A stretch of DNA of 64,000 nucleotides from Cytophagales bacterium (GCA_045568775.1 JBJLAJ010000004.1:4750-68749); one strand, 5' to 3'. Numbered from the stretch's first letter, positions 46,025 through 58,645 are shown. Notes: a model not told the origin generated them from the sequence alone. Numbers and translations are program-made.

Positions 46025-46072
46025 ATTTTGCTTTTATCGCAGTACAAATATAAAAATTTGTTGCCATATGAG

Positions 46073-47427
46073 TCAATTTAATTTTTTAAAATAATCTTTA
46101 GCCATTTTCTCAACTTTTGGTGCTAGAATTAGTGCAGAGATTAATGTTGGGAAGGCCATAATACCGTAGGAAAGATCAATTAAACTAATAACAAACTTTA
46201 GCGATGATACTGAGCCTATTAATATTAGGATTAAGTAGAACACTCTATAATGAGGACTGTGTTTTTCTCCAAATAAAAATGCTGTACACCTTTCTCCAAA
46301 AAAGGATAAACTAAAAAGAGTAGAAATTGCAAAGGTTAAAGTTGTAAACAAGAGTATATAAGGTCCAAAATTTGGCATTGAACTACTGAATGCATAATTA
46401 ACCATTTCTATACCTGCATAATTATAGTTTGTCCAAGAACCGGTAACCAAGACACATAAGGCGGTAAGGGTACAAACAATTATGGTATCTACAAATGGAC
46501 CAATCATTGAGACTAAACCCTCCTCTACTGGATTCTCAGTTTTACTTGAAGCATGAATTATAGGAGCTGTCCCAATTCCAGCTTCATTAGAGAAAGAAGC
46601 TCTTCTTGCCCCAATCAATATGATAGAGCCAATTGACCCTCCTAAAACTGAGTTTGCAGTGAATGCGTCTGTAATTATAAGGATAAGACTTGGCAACACC
46701 ATATCATAATGGATTACCATAATATAAAATACCATAATCATATAAACTAGAACCATAATTGGAGCTATTTTACTTGCAACTTTTCCTATTCTCTTAATCC
46801 CACCTAAGATCACAGAGGAAACAAGAATTGCAATGAATACACCAATTATTAGATCATTATAAAACTTATCATCAAACAAAAAATTTTCTTTAATAATAAC
46901 AGCATTTACTACTTCAACAATCTGATTTGATTGGAAAATTGGGGATACACCAAGCATCCCAAAAAAACAAAATATAATAGCCATTGGTTTCCATTTTTTA
47001 CCTAGACCCTTAGAAATTACTATCATTGGTCCGCCATAAAATTTATTATCTACTTTTTTTCTATATAAAACAGATAAGGAACAAGTATAAAACTTTGTTA
47101 CCATTCCAAACAATGCCGTGACCCACATCCAAAATATTGCTCCTGGACCACCAAGGGAAATAGCAATAGCAACACCACTAATATTTCCCATACCAACTAT
47201 TCCCGCTATTTGACTTGAAGCACTTTCAAAGGAACTTAATCCTTTTTCAGAATTATCTTTCTTACTTATAAGTTTAAATGAATGTTTAAAATATAATAAC
47301 GGAGCAAGTTTTGACCTAACAGAAAAATATAATCCAGCACCTATAAGTAATGAAATTAGAATAGGGCCATTCCAAAGAAAGTCAGCTGAAGTTATAATTA
47401 GGTCTGAAAAAAATGATATTAAGTCCA

Positions 47428-47428
<1 letters not shown>
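46073..47428 (-). CDS. Alanine/glycine:cation symporter (AGCS) family
   Basis: VGMGNISGVA, GGPGAIFWMW, GGPM, SNEAGIGTAP, FVDTIIVCT. Confidence 0.92.
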
Positions 47429-49065
<1,637 letters not shown>

Positions 49066-49085
49066 ATTATTTTTTTAATAAGTTA

Positions 49086-50225
49086 CTAAAAAGAATAATT
49101 TTTATTAACAAATTTTTCTAATTCTCTCAGAGAAGAAATCATGTTTTTTCTTCCAAAACCAATCCTAAAGTGATTTTGAGGTCCTTTTTTATTAACTGAT
49201 AGATAAACACTTGAAGGTAGTAACAAGACACTATTTTCTTTAATTAGATTTTCACAAAAATTTTCAACACCATCTGAACCTAAATATTTAGGATAAGCTA
49301 TACATCCTCCATCAGGTTCATTCCAAGAAAATAAATTTTTATATTCATCAAAGAACTTGTTTAACTCTTTTAAATTTTTTCCAATTATAGAGTTTGTCCT
49401 TTCCAATATTTTATCTCTTGAATTAAGAGCCATAATAGTAAGAATTTCATTAGGTGCCGAATTACAAATGGACAAATAATGTTTCGTCCTCTCCATAATA
49501 TCTAAAAGTTTATGATCCTTTGAGTTTACCCAACCCATCCTAATACCTGGCATTCCATATGACTTTGACATCCCATTTAATGAAATACCTTTCTCATATA
49601 AATCAGACACTTGAGGAAGTCTTTTTGATATATCTCTTTCCATCATTCTATATATCTCATCACTGAATAGATAAATATTATTTTCTCTACATATATTAAT
49701 TATTTCTTTTTGCTCTGACTTGGAAATTATTTTGCCAGTTGGATTATGCGGAAAATTAATTGAGATCAGTTTTGTGTTTTTTTTAATAGAATCTATTAAG
49801 TCATCAATATTAAGATTCCAATCCTCATCAGGATTAAGATTTAGAACTGTAACGTCACAGATGGACTGAGGCAATGTCTGTGCAGACTGATAATTAGGAG
49901 CAATTACAATAGCATGATCGTCTTTATCTAGAATTGATTTCATTGCAATATAGATTCCTTCCTCTGCACCTGAAAAGGTTAGGATATCCTTATATGAAGA
50001 CTCTTCATATAAAGACGCTATAATTTTTCTAAGTTTTAAATTACCATAAGTCTCAGTATAGCCAAAACTCATTTTATCAAGCATAGATTTATCTTCTTCT
50101 CTAGAAATCTCTAATAACTCTTTGAATGACAGAGACTCTGAATCAGATGCACAAAGGTTATATTTCGTGTTAAACTCCCATTTAGAAAAATAGGTTTCAA
50201 GTCTAAAGTCTGGTAACCTAGACAT
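49086..50225 (-). CDS. Class I/II PLP-dependent aminotransferase
   Basis: NFPHNPTG, FSDEIYR, MSKSYGMPGIRMGW, FRIGFGR. Confidence 0.9.
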   Translation of the reverse strand: MSRLPDFRLETYFSKWEFNTKYNLCASDSESLSFKELLEISREEDKSMLDKMSFGYTETYGNLKLRKIIASLYEESSYKDILTFSGAEEGIYIAMKSILDKDDHAIVIAPNYQSAQTLPQSICDVTVLNLNPDEDWNLNIDDLIDSIKKNTKLISINFPHNPTGKIISKSEQKEIINICRENNIYLFSDEIYRMMERDISKRLPQVSDLYEKGISLNGMSKSYGMPGIRMGWVNSKDHKLLDIMERTKHYLSICNSAPNEILTIMALNSRDKILERTNSIIGKNLKELNKFFDEYKNLFSWNEPDGGCIAYPKYLGSDGVENFCENLIKENSVLLLPSSVYLSVNKKGPQNHFRIGFGRKNMISSLRELEKFVNKNYSF

Positions 50226-50237
50226 ATTATAAGATGA

Positions 50238-50858
50238 TTAAGATTTGGCTTCTCCGTCCTCTTTCTTCTCCTCTTTAGGTGCTTCGGCAGCAGGAGCTTC
50301 CTCTTTCTTCTCTTCTTTAGGTGCTTCGGCAGCAGGAGCTTCCTCCTTCTTCTCTTCTTTAGGTGCTTCGGCAGCAGGAGCTTCTTCCTTCTTCTCTTCT
50401 TTAGGTGCTTCGGCAGCAGGAGCTTCTTCCTTCTTCTCTTCTTTAGGTGCTTCGGCAGCAGGAGCTTCTTCCTTCTTCTCTTCTTTAGGTGCTTCGGCAG
50501 CAGGAGCTTCTTCTTTCTTCTCTTCTTTAGGTGCTTCGGCAGCAGGAGCTTCTTCCTTCTTCTCTTCTTTAGGTGCTTCGGCAGCAGGAGCTTCTTCTTT
50601 CTTCTCTTCTTTAGGTGCTTCGGCAGCCTCTTTCTGAGCAGCTAATTTTGCTGCTTCAGCTTCTTTCTCTTTAGCTCTTAACTCATTGATAATATCTTGT
50701 TGAGATTTTCCTGCAAGAATATCTTTAACATAATCTTCAATAATAATTTCTTCCTTGAATGAATATGCACCACTCTTTTCAGACTTAACAGACTGAATCA
50801 ACTTAGCATATTTAACACCAGATTTATTTCTTAACGAAGCAACTACTTTTTTTGCCAT
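50238..50858 (-). CDS. DUF4295 family protein with long repeat extension
   Basis: MAKKVVASL...VKSEKSGAYSFKE, located directly after rpmG. Confidence 0.85.
   Translation of the reverse strand: MAKKVVASLRNKSGVKYAKLIQSVKSEKSGAYSFKEEIIIEDYVKDILAGKSQQDIINELRAKEKEAEAAKLAAQKEAAEAPKEEKKEEAPAAEAPKEEKKEEAPAAEAPKEEKKEEAPAAEAPKEEKKEEAPAAEAPKEEKKEEAPAAEAPKEEKKEEAPAAEAPKEEKKEEAPAAEAPKEEKKEEAPAAEAPKEEKKEDGEAKS
50257..50627. repeat. 42-bp tandem repeat (about 8.8 copies) encoding APAAEAPKEEKKEE
   Basis: Near-identical units every 42 bp from 50257. Confidence 0.95.
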
Positions 50859-51040
50859 TATTTTATCTCTTTATGTAATGTGTATTTTCTAAGAATAGGA
50901 TTATATTTTTTTAATTCCATTCTATCCGTTGTATTTTTTTTGTTTTTTGTGGTGACGTATCTTGATGTACCCGGCTTACCAGTAGCTTTATGCTCTGTAC
51001 ATTCTAAAATAACTTGAACTCTATTTCCTTTTTTTGCCAT
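50858..51040 (-). CDS. rpmG: 50S ribosomal protein L33
   Basis: [17 protein letters not shown]...[21 protein letters not shown]...HKEIK. Confidence 0.97.
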   Translation of the reverse strand: MAKKGNRVQVILECTEHKATGKPGTSRYVTTKNKKNTTDRMELKKYNPILRKYTLHKEIK

Positions 51041-51044
51041 GATA

Positions 51045-51284
51045 TTATATGCTTAACGTTCCTTTTTCTTTAGCTTTTTTTAATACTGCTGATATACCAT
51101 CCTTGTTTATGGATTTTAATGCGGATGAGCAAACCTTTAATGTAATCCATTTATCTTCCTCAGGAATATAAAACTTTTTAACATGAAGATTTGGATAAAA
51201 CATTCTCTTAGATCTATTATTAGCTTTAGATACGTTATTACCTACCCTAGCTCTTTTACCTGTAATCTGACAAACTTTTGACAT
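51045..51284 (-). CDS. rpmB: 50S ribosomal protein L28
   Basis: [21 protein letters not shown]...FYPNL; start moved to ATG at 51284. Confidence 0.97.
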   Translation of the reverse strand: MSKVCQITGKRARVGNNVSKANNRSKRMFYPNLHVKKFYIPEEDKWITLKVCSSALKSINKDGISAVLKKAKEKGTLSI

Positions 51285-51397
51285 TATCTTTTTTTTATTA
51301 GCACGCAAATATCGCAAAACTGAAAAAAATAACAAATCTGTACAATGTTTTTTATTTTTTCTTATTGTACTACTTTTGGTAACAAATTAATTTCATT

Positions 51398-52624
51398 ATG
51401 ATAAAAAATAGCCAAGACGCAATAAATTTAGAGGACAAATATGGTGCTCATAACTATCATCCCCTTCCAGTAGTACTTTGTAGAGGAGAAGGAATATATG
51501 TTTGGGATGTTGAAGGAAAAAAATATTTTGATTTTTTATCTGCATACTCAGCAGTAAATCAAGGACATTGTCATCCCAAAATAATTCAAGCATTAGAAAA
51601 GCAGAGTAAAAAATTAACACTGACATCAAGAGCTTTCTATAACGACACACTTGGGGATTACGAAAAATATATAACGAACTATTTCGGTTATGACAAAGTT
51701 CTTCCAATGAATACTGGAGTAGAAGGTGGAGAGACAGCAAATAAACTCGCTAGAAAATGGGGATACGAAAAGAAAGGAATAGAAGAAAATAAAGCAAAAA
51801 TAATATTTGCTAATGGTAACTTCTGGGGGAGAACATTAGCAGCAATATCAACCTCAGATGATCCCTTATCCTACAAAGGATTTGGCCCATATATGCCAGG
51901 CTATGATCTGATACCTTATAATGATTTAGGAGCATTAGAAGAAAAATTTCAAGATAAAAACGTATGTGCATTTATGGTTGAGCCCATCCAAGGTGAGGCT
52001 GGAGTAGTGGTACCTGATGAAGGATATCTTAGCGGGATAAGGACTTTATGTGATAAATATAATGTGCTGTTTATCGCTGATGAAGTTCAGACAGGAATTG
52101 CTAGGACAGGAAAGATGTTAGCTACAGACTTCGAAGCAGCAAGACCAGATATATTAATACTAGGCAAAGCACTTTCTGGAGGAGTATTGCCTGTATCTGC
52201 AGTATTGGCTGATGATGAAATAATGATGTGTATTAGACCTGGAGAGCACGGGTCTACATACGGAGGAAACCCACTATCATGTGCTGTTGCAAAAGCTGCA
52301 TTAGATGTAATAAAAGATGAAAATCTTGAAGATAATGCCATGAAAATGGGAAATTTATTTAGAAATAATCTGGAGAAATTAAAAGAAAAATCAAATTTAA
52401 TAAATCTTATTAGAGGTAAAGGGTTATTAAATGCAATGGTAATAAATGATGATGAAGAGAGTTCAACAGCGTGGAATATTTGTCTAAAGATGAGAGATAA
52501 CGGACTTATAGCAAAGCCCACCCACGGAAACATAATTAGGTTTGCGCCTCCACTTGTAATAAATAAAGATCAAGTAGAAGAGTCATGTGATATAATAGAA
52601 AAAAGTATTGCTGAATTTGAATAA
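51398..52624 (+). CDS. rocD: Ornithine--oxo-acid aminotransferase
   Basis: [52 protein letters not shown]. Confidence 0.95.
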   Translation: MIKNSQDAINLEDKYGAHNYHPLPVVLCRGEGIYVWDVEGKKYFDFLSAYSAVNQGHCHPKIIQALEKQSKKLTLTSRAFYNDTLGDYEKYITNYFGYDKVLPMNTGVEGGETANKLARKWGYEKKGIEENKAKIIFANGNFWGRTLAAISTSDDPLSYKGFGPYMPGYDLIPYNDLGALEEKFQDKNVCAFMVEPIQGEAGVVVPDEGYLSGIRTLCDKYNVLFIADEVQTGIARTGKMLATDFEAARPDILILGKALSGGVLPVSAVLADDEIMMCIRPGEHGSTYGGNPLSCAVAKAALDVIKDENLEDNAMKMGNLFRNNLEKLKEKSNLINLIRGKGLLNAMVINDDEESSTAWNICLKMRDNGLIAKPTHGNIIRFAPPLVINKDQVEESCDIIEKSIAEFE

Positions 52625-52625
52625 A

Positions 52626-53003
52626 CTAATCAAATAAGTTGTCATCTCGCTCTATCATTAATATAGATGACTGAGATACTATAAAATATTTTTCTCCCTG
52701 ATACATGACCTCGTAAGCACCTCCCTGCAAAAATACAGCTAAGTCTCCTTCTTTAACTTGAAGAGGAACATACTTCACTTTTTCCTCATCAGATTTCCAT
52801 GGTTCATCATTATCTACTGGGAGTGGTATTGGATAGCCAGGACCAATTTTAACTACATAACCATATTGAATTTTTTCTTTTTCTCTTACTCCAGGAGGAA
52901 GATATAGACCGCTGTCAGTCCTCTCTGATTCTTTTCTTGGTTTAACAAGAACCCTGTCACCTACAACATTTATTTTTTCTAACTTATTAATATTTTTTTC
53001 CAT
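52626..53003 (-). CDS. GroES-family co-chaperone paralogue
   Basis: VVGDRVLVKP...TDSGLYLP...GYVVKIGPG...VKEGD; start at ATG 53003. Confidence 0.85.
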   Translation of the reverse strand: MEKNINKLEKINVVGDRVLVKPRKESERTDSGLYLPPGVREKEKIQYGYVVKIGPGYPIPLPVDNDEPWKSDEEKVKYVPLQVKEGDLAVFLQGGAYEVMYQGEKYFIVSQSSILMIERDDNLFD

Positions 53004-53013
53004 GAAAATTAAT

Positions 53014-54153
53014 TTATTCTGACCTCTCAATCAGTTTCGGATTAATTTTTTTACTTGTTTTTGCTCCTAGCTCCCTCAACCTCTCAGTCTTTCTTACAAG
53101 GTTATCTTTACCCTCAGTAAGTTTATTCATCGCGTCCTCATACGTGTTTTTTGTCGTGTTAAGATTATTACCTACTTTAATTAGATCTTCAGAAAATGAC
53201 TGAAATTTGTCATATAGTGAGCCGGCCTGTCTTGCAATTTCTATAGCATTCTTATTTGCTTTATCCTGCTTCCACATGTAGGCAACTGTCTTTAAAGTAG
53301 CAAAAAGTGTAGAATTTGTAACCATCACTATATTTCTGTCTATGGCCTTATTATAAATGCTTACATCTTCCAAAACAGCTAATTTAAAAGCAGGCTCATT
53401 TGCCATAAACATTAAAATATAGTCTGGTTGATTTATATCTAAATCCTGATAATTTTTATTTGAGAGGGTTGTTATATGAGTATTAATACTTTTGAGATGT
53501 TCTTTTAAATAATCTTTCTTTTCTTCTTTATCTTCAGAATTATAATAATTTACATAGGCCACTAAAGAAACTTTAGAGTCAATAACTATACACTTATCTC
53601 CTGGTAACTTAACAACATAATCAAGTCTTTGATTATCTAAATCCTCATTTTTTATATTTTTTTCTTTTTCATAATGTATATTTTTTTCTAAGCCCGCAGC
53701 ATTTAAAATAGTCTCCATCTGCTGCTCTCCCCAATCACCTTGAGTTTTGCTTTCACCTCTTAAAGCATTAGCTAAATTATTTGCGTCATCACGCATTTTT
53801 AATGTCTCGCTCTTAAGGTGATTAATTTCAGATTTTAAAATAGCATTAAACTCTACGGCATCCTTATTTGAGGATTCCACTTTTTTCTCAAACCTTTCAA
53901 TATTTTCTTTTAATGGGTTTAAAATATTGGATAAATTTTCTTTGTTTACCTCACCTATTTTTTTAGTTTTTTCATCTAGGATCTCGTTTGCTAAATTTTT
54001 AAATTCTAGAGTTAGAATTTCCTTCATCTGATTAATTTCATCCATCCTTCTTTGAGGATCTTCAGATGGCTCAGCTTTATTGTTCAATTTAAAAATGGTA
54101 TATCCAAGAGCCGATAATGTAAGAAGTCCAATAAATAGTAAAAAGTAATCCAT
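53014..54153 (-). CDS. rmuC: DNA recombination protein RmuC
   Basis: N-terminal TM, QGDWGE, DYVVKLP, IDSKVSL, LYDKF, GKDNL. Confidence 0.9.
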   Translation of the reverse strand: MDYFLLFIGLLTLSALGYTIFKLNNKAEPSEDPQRRMDEINQMKEILTLEFKNLANEILDEKTKKIGEVNKENLSNILNPLKENIERFEKKVESSNKDAVEFNAILKSEINHLKSETLKMRDDANNLANALRGESKTQGDWGEQQMETILNAAGLEKNIHYEKEKNIKNEDLDNQRLDYVVKLPGDKCIVIDSKVSLVAYVNYYNSEDKEEKKDYLKEHLKSINTHITTLSNKNYQDLDINQPDYILMFMANEPAFKLAVLEDVSIYNKAIDRNIVMVTNSTLFATLKTVAYMWKQDKANKNAIEIARQAGSLYDKFQSFSEDLIKVGNNLNTTKNTYEDAMNKLTEGKDNLVRKTERLRELGAKTSKKINPKLIERSE

Positions 54154-54183
54154 TTCCCAAAAATATAAATTATTTAATAGAAA

Positions 54184-57060
54184 CTACGAGGTATATGCTT
54201 CCAGTGGTATACAACTGCAAAATAAATTTCTGTCTCCATGAGCATTATCAACTCTCCCAACAGAAGGCCAAAATTTATTTTCTAAGATAAATTTTAAAGG
54301 ATAAGCAGCCTTCTCTCTTGTGTAAGGATATACCCAAGACGATGAGGTAACTACTGCCGCAGTATGTGGTGCGTTTTTAAGTACATTTTCTTTCTTATCG
54401 TATGTTCCTTTTCTTATCTCTTCAATTTCTTTTCTGATTTCAATCATAACATCACAAAATCTATCTAATTCTTCCTTAGTCTCACTCTCTGTAGGTTCTA
54501 TCATCATTGTGCCTGGAACTGGAAAAGAAACAGTTGGAGCATGGTATCCATAATCCATGAGTCTCTTAGCAATATCTTCAACTTCGACATCAGTATCTGA
54601 TTTAAAATCTCTACAGTCAATTATGAATTCGTGTGCACTTGTTCCATTGATACCTTTATAGAGAATAGGATAATGATTTTCAAGACGTGATCTTATATAA
54701 TTTGCATTTAAAATTGAGAGCTCAGTTGCATGCCTTAAAGCGCTTGAACCCATCATAGATATGTACGCATAAGATATCGCTAAAATACTTGCGCTACCAT
54801 ACGGAGCACTAGAGACAGGTGTTATTGTTGAGTCATCAAAATCATCAAAAATATTTCTAGGAAGATATTTAACTAATTTATTAACTACACCAATTGGTCC
54901 CATTCCCGGACCTCCTCCTCCATGAGGAATACAAAAAGTTTTATGGAGGTTCAGATGACACACATCAGCTCCAATCTTATTTGGATTAGTAAGTCCAACT
55001 TGAGCATTCATATTAGCTCCATCCATATAAACAAGTCCACCGTTATCATGAATTAGATTACAGACTTCAAGAATATGATCTTCAAATACTCCGTGAGTTG
55101 ATGGATAGGTTATCATCAAGCAACTTAAATTCTCTGAATGAGTTTTGCATTTCTCTTTCAAGTCTTCTAAATCTATATTACCATGTTTATCACAGGAAAT
55201 AACTACGACCTTCATCCCTGCCATTATTGCAGAAGCTGGATTTGTTCCGTGGGCAGAAGATGGTATTAGAGCTATATCTCTATTATCATTTCCATTATCC
55301 ATATGGAATGCTCTTATAACCATAAGCCCTGTGTACTCTCCCTGAGCTCCAGAATTCGGCTGAAAAGAAAGCTTTGAAAAACCAGTTATCTCGGAGAGCC
55401 AAACATTTAACTCATTTATCATTTTAGAATATCCTTTTGCCTGATCCATTGGTACAAAAGGGTGAAGATTCATCTCTTCCCAGGTAACGGGAATCATCTC
55501 GGTTGTAGCATTTAGCTTCATCGTGCATGAACCCAAAGAAATCATGGAATGAACTAGAGAAAGGTCTTTGTTCTCTAACCTCTTCATGTACCTTAGAATT
55601 TCATGCTCTGTTTGGTATTTATTAAATACTTCATGAGATAAAAAGTCCGATTTTCTTTTAAGACCAGCTGATAATGTCAACTGAACTTCTTCTATATTAT
55701 TTAAATTAACTTCAATTGCATTATCTGCAAAATCAGAAAAAATATTTAAGATGGCCATCACGTCAGATGCTGAAGTAGTTTCATCTAAAGATATTCCCAC
55801 ATGATCCGTATTAAAATACCTGAAGTTGATTGAATTTTTTTCAGCTTTTTTATGAATTTCTAATTTCTGTTTAGAGGAAACCTTAACTTTTAATGTGTCG
55901 AAGAAGTTAGAGTTCTCTTGAATATACCCCAAGCTATTTAATCCATCATTGAGGAGTTGGGTTAACTCAGCTATTTTAGTTGCTATCTTGACTAGACCTT
56001 CTTTCCCATGGTAAACAACATACATCCCTGCCATCACAGAGAGTAGAACCTGAGCAGTGCATATATTTGAAGTAGCCCTATCTCTTTTGATATGTTGTTC
56101 TCTTGTTTGTAGGGCCATCCTGTATGCACTATTGCCAGAAGAATCTACACTAACCCCAATAATTCTTCCTGGTATATGTCTTTTAAATTCTTCTTTAGTA
56201 GCAAAAAAGGCTGCATGAGGGCCACCGTATCCCATGGGCACACCCAACCTTTGAGAGTTCCCTACAACAGCATCTGCTCCCATTTCTCCTGGAGGGGTAA
56301 GTAAAACTAGACTCATAAGATCTGATGCCACACAGGTATAAATAGATTTGCTTTTAGATTCCTCAATATATTTTTTAAGATTAATTGTATTTCCATCTGA
56401 ATCTGGATACTGGAAAATAGCCCCAAAATATTCATCACTACAAGTAAATTTTTCTATGTCATCAATAACTAATTCAATACCTAAAGGCTCTGAACGAGTT
56501 TTTAATATCTCTATAGTCTGAGGAAATAATTTATTAGAGACAAAAAATTTGTTTGATTGTTTCTTAGGGCCTTTTCTAACTCTATAGAACATTGTCATTG
56601 ACTCAGAAGCAGCAGTCCCCTCATCTAGAAGTGAAGCATTAGAAATTTCCATTCCAGTAAGATCTGTTACCATGGTCTGGTAATTAATGAGAGCTTCCAT
56701 TCTCCCTTGAGCTATCTCTGCCTGGTAAGGAGTATAAGCCGTATACCAACCAGGATTTTCTAAGATATTTCTCTTTATAACATTTGGTGTGATACAATCA
56801 TAATAACCCATGCCTATATAAGACTTGAATTTCTTATTATTCATCATTAAAGACTTAAAAGATGATAAAAATTCCGTCTCTGTTTTTGGGGGTTCAAGAT
56901 TAAGGTCCTTTTCTAATTTTATAGAATTAGGTATAGTGAGATCAATCAGTTTATCTATTGAATCTACACCAATTTTATTCAACATCTCACTCTCATCATT
57001 TGATGATATAGAGTTATGTCTTGAAGAAAATTCGTCCGAATTAAATGAGATATTTGCCAT
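54184..57060 (-). CDS. gcvP: Glycine dehydrogenase (glycine cleavage P protein)
   Basis: YTAYTPYQAEIAQGR, ATSNICTAQ, LGSCTMK, HLNLHKTF, EPTESE. Confidence 0.97.
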   Translation of the reverse strand: MANISFNSDEFSSRHNSISSNDESEMLNKIGVDSIDKLIDLTIPNSIKLEKDLNLEPPKTETEFLSSFKSLMMNNKKFKSYIGMGYYDCITPNVIKRNILENPGWYTAYTPYQAEIAQGRMEALINYQTMVTDLTGMEISNASLLDEGTAASESMTMFYRVRKGPKKQSNKFFVSNKLFPQTIEILKTRSEPLGIELVIDDIEKFTCSDEYFGAIFQYPDSDGNTINLKKYIEESKSKSIYTCVASDLMSLVLLTPPGEMGADAVVGNSQRLGVPMGYGGPHAAFFATKEEFKRHIPGRIIGVSVDSSGNSAYRMALQTREQHIKRDRATSNICTAQVLLSVMAGMYVVYHGKEGLVKIATKIAELTQLLNDGLNSLGYIQENSNFFDTLKVKVSSKQKLEIHKKAEKNSINFRYFNTDHVGISLDETTSASDVMAILNIFSDFADNAIEVNLNNIEEVQLTLSAGLKRKSDFLSHEVFNKYQTEHEILRYMKRLENKDLSLVHSMISLGSCTMKLNATTEMIPVTWEEMNLHPFVPMDQAKGYSKMINELNVWLSEITGFSKLSFQPNSGAQGEYTGLMVIRAFHMDNGNDNRDIALIPSSAHGTNPASAIMAGMKVVVISCDKHGNIDLEDLKEKCKTHSENLSCLMITYPSTHGVFEDHILEVCNLIHDNGGLVYMDGANMNAQVGLTNPNKIGADVCHLNLHKTFCIPHGGGGPGMGPIGVVNKLVKYLPRNIFDDFDDSTITPVSSAPYGSASILAISYAYISMMGSSALRHATELSILNANYIRSRLENHYPILYKGINGTSAHEFIIDCRDFKSDTDVEVEDIAKRLMDYGYHAPTVSFPVPGTMMIEPTESETKEELDRFCDVMIEIRKEIEEIRKGTYDKKENVLKNAPHTAAVVTSSSWVYPYTREKAAYPLKFILENKFWPSVGRVDNAHGDRNLFCSCIPLEAYTS

Positions 57061-57181
57061 AATCTTTTAATGAAAAAAGTATACGCAAATCTATACACAA
57101 AGTTGAAAAATAAAATTGATTAGACTAAAGAATATCTATTAATAGTATTAATATAAATTTGTGTAAGAATTAAAAATAAAA

Positions 57182-58519
57182 ATGAGACCTATTCTTATAA
57201 AGAATGCTACAATAATTAACGAAAATTCTAGAAAAGTTTATGACCTTTTAATCCGTGATAAGAGAATAGAAAAGATAGATGAAGATATATCTGTAGATTA
57301 TAATTGTGATATAATAAACGCGGAAAAACTCATACTTATACCAGGACTAATTGATGATCAAGTCCATTTTAGAGAGCCAGGATTAACTCATAAGGGAAAC
57401 ATATACACTGAGTCAATGGCTGCAGTAGCAGGTGGAGTCACATCATTCATGGAGATGCCCAACACAATTCCGAATGCTATAACAAATGAAGAATTAGAGA
57501 AGAAGTATGTTATAGGTCAGAATACTTCATTTGGGAATTATTCTTTTTACCTAGGAGCTAGTAACGATAACATAGAACAAGTGAAGAGGCTAGATAAAAA
57601 TAATATTTGCGGAGTCAAGATATTTATGGGCTCATCAACTGGCAATATGCTTGTTGATAAAGAGAGAGCTCTAAACGATATCTTTAAAAACTCAGAGGTA
57701 ATTATAACTACTCACTGCGAAGATGAGCTTACAGTCAGGACGAACTTAAAAATAGCTCAAGAAAAATATGGTGACAATATACCTTTTAATCAGCATCCTA
57801 TAATCAGATCTAGAGAGGCATGCTACAAGTCATCTTCTCACGCAATATCATTAGCTAAAGAACACAATGCAAAACTTCATGTTCTCCATATATCTACAAA
57901 AGAAGAGCTAGAATTATTTAGCAACATCCCCTTAAAAGAAAAAAATATAACGTGTGAGGCTTGTCTTCATCACATGTGGTTTTCAGATAGTGATTATGAG
58001 TCACTTGGAAGCTTAATAAAATGGAATCCTGCTATTAAAACTAGTGATGACAGAGATGCCATCGTTGATGCTGTAAATAATGATGTTATTGATGTTATTG
58101 CAACTGATCATGCCCCACATACTCTTGAGGAGAAATCTAATACATATTTAGATGCGCCTTCCGGCGGACCACTGATTCAGTATTCATTGCCATTACTTCT
58201 TGAGATGAATAAAAAAAATAAATTTTCATTGGAGAAGATAGTCCAAAAAACATCTCACAGTGTGTCAGATTTATTCCAGATTAAAGACAGAGGTTACATA
58301 AGGGAAGGGTACTTTGCTGATATTGTTTTATTTGATCCAACATCAAAGACGAGCGTATCTGAAGAAAAAATTCTATCAAAGTGTAACTGGAGTCCACTAA
58401 AAGACGAAACATTTCATACTAAAATAATTCACACCATAGTCTCAGGTCAACACATTTATAAAAATGGCCAAATTAATGGAGAGCCTTCTGGCGTAAGAAT
58501 GGAATTCAATAGAGATTAG
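57182..58519 (+). CDS. pyrC: Dihydroorotase
   Basis: DDQVHFREPG, EMPNT, KIFMGSSTG, KWNPAIK, ATDHAPH. Confidence 0.9.
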   Translation: MRPILIKNATIINENSRKVYDLLIRDKRIEKIDEDISVDYNCDIINAEKLILIPGLIDDQVHFREPGLTHKGNIYTESMAAVAGGVTSFMEMPNTIPNAITNEELEKKYVIGQNTSFGNYSFYLGASNDNIEQVKRLDKNNICGVKIFMGSSTGNMLVDKERALNDIFKNSEVIITTHCEDELTVRTNLKIAQEKYGDNIPFNQHPIIRSREACYKSSSHAISLAKEHNAKLHVLHISTKEELELFSNIPLKEKNITCEACLHHMWFSDSDYESLGSLIKWNPAIKTSDDRDAIVDAVNNDVIDVIATDHAPHTLEEKSNTYLDAPSGGPLIQYSLPLLLEMNKKNKFSLEKIVQKTSHSVSDLFQIKDRGYIREGYFADIVLFDPTSKTSVSEEKILSKCNWSPLKDETFHTKIIHTIVSGQHIYKNGQINGEPSGVRMEFNRD

Positions 58520-58523
58520 AAAA

Positions 58524-58555
58524 TTTGTCTTAGTAATAACATTATTCTAGATTTG
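58524..58555 (+). promoter_or_regulatory. Bacteroidota housekeeping promoter for tRNA-His
   Basis: TTTG (58524-58527), 20 nt spacer, TAGATTTG (58548-58555). Confidence 0.7.
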
Positions 58556-58567
58556 CTGATTCAAAAT

Positions 58568-58642
58568 GGTGGTTGTAGTTCAGTTGGTTAGAACGCCTGA
58601 TTGTGGTTCAGGAGGTCGCCGGTTCGAGTCCGGTCTTCCACC
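58568..58642 (+). tRNA. tRNA-His (GTG)
   Basis: G-1; D-arm GTTC/GAAC; anticodon stem CCTGA/TCAGG with GTG at 58603-58605; T-arm GCCGG-TTCGAGT-CCGGT; C73 discriminator; CCA not encoded. Confidence 0.95.
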
Positions 58643-58645
58643 CTT

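Noticed and set aside
50245..50637. Plus-strand repeat ORF (ASSFFSSLGASAAG)n; likewise 33287-33514
   Set aside because: Antisense translations of the DUF4295 and L31 repeat tails.
57061..57181. Glycine riboswitch upstream of gcvP
   Set aside because: The 121-bp AT-rich gap shows only divergent TAnnTTTG promoter motifs (57086-57093 on -, 57154-57161 on +) and no aptamer-like sequence.
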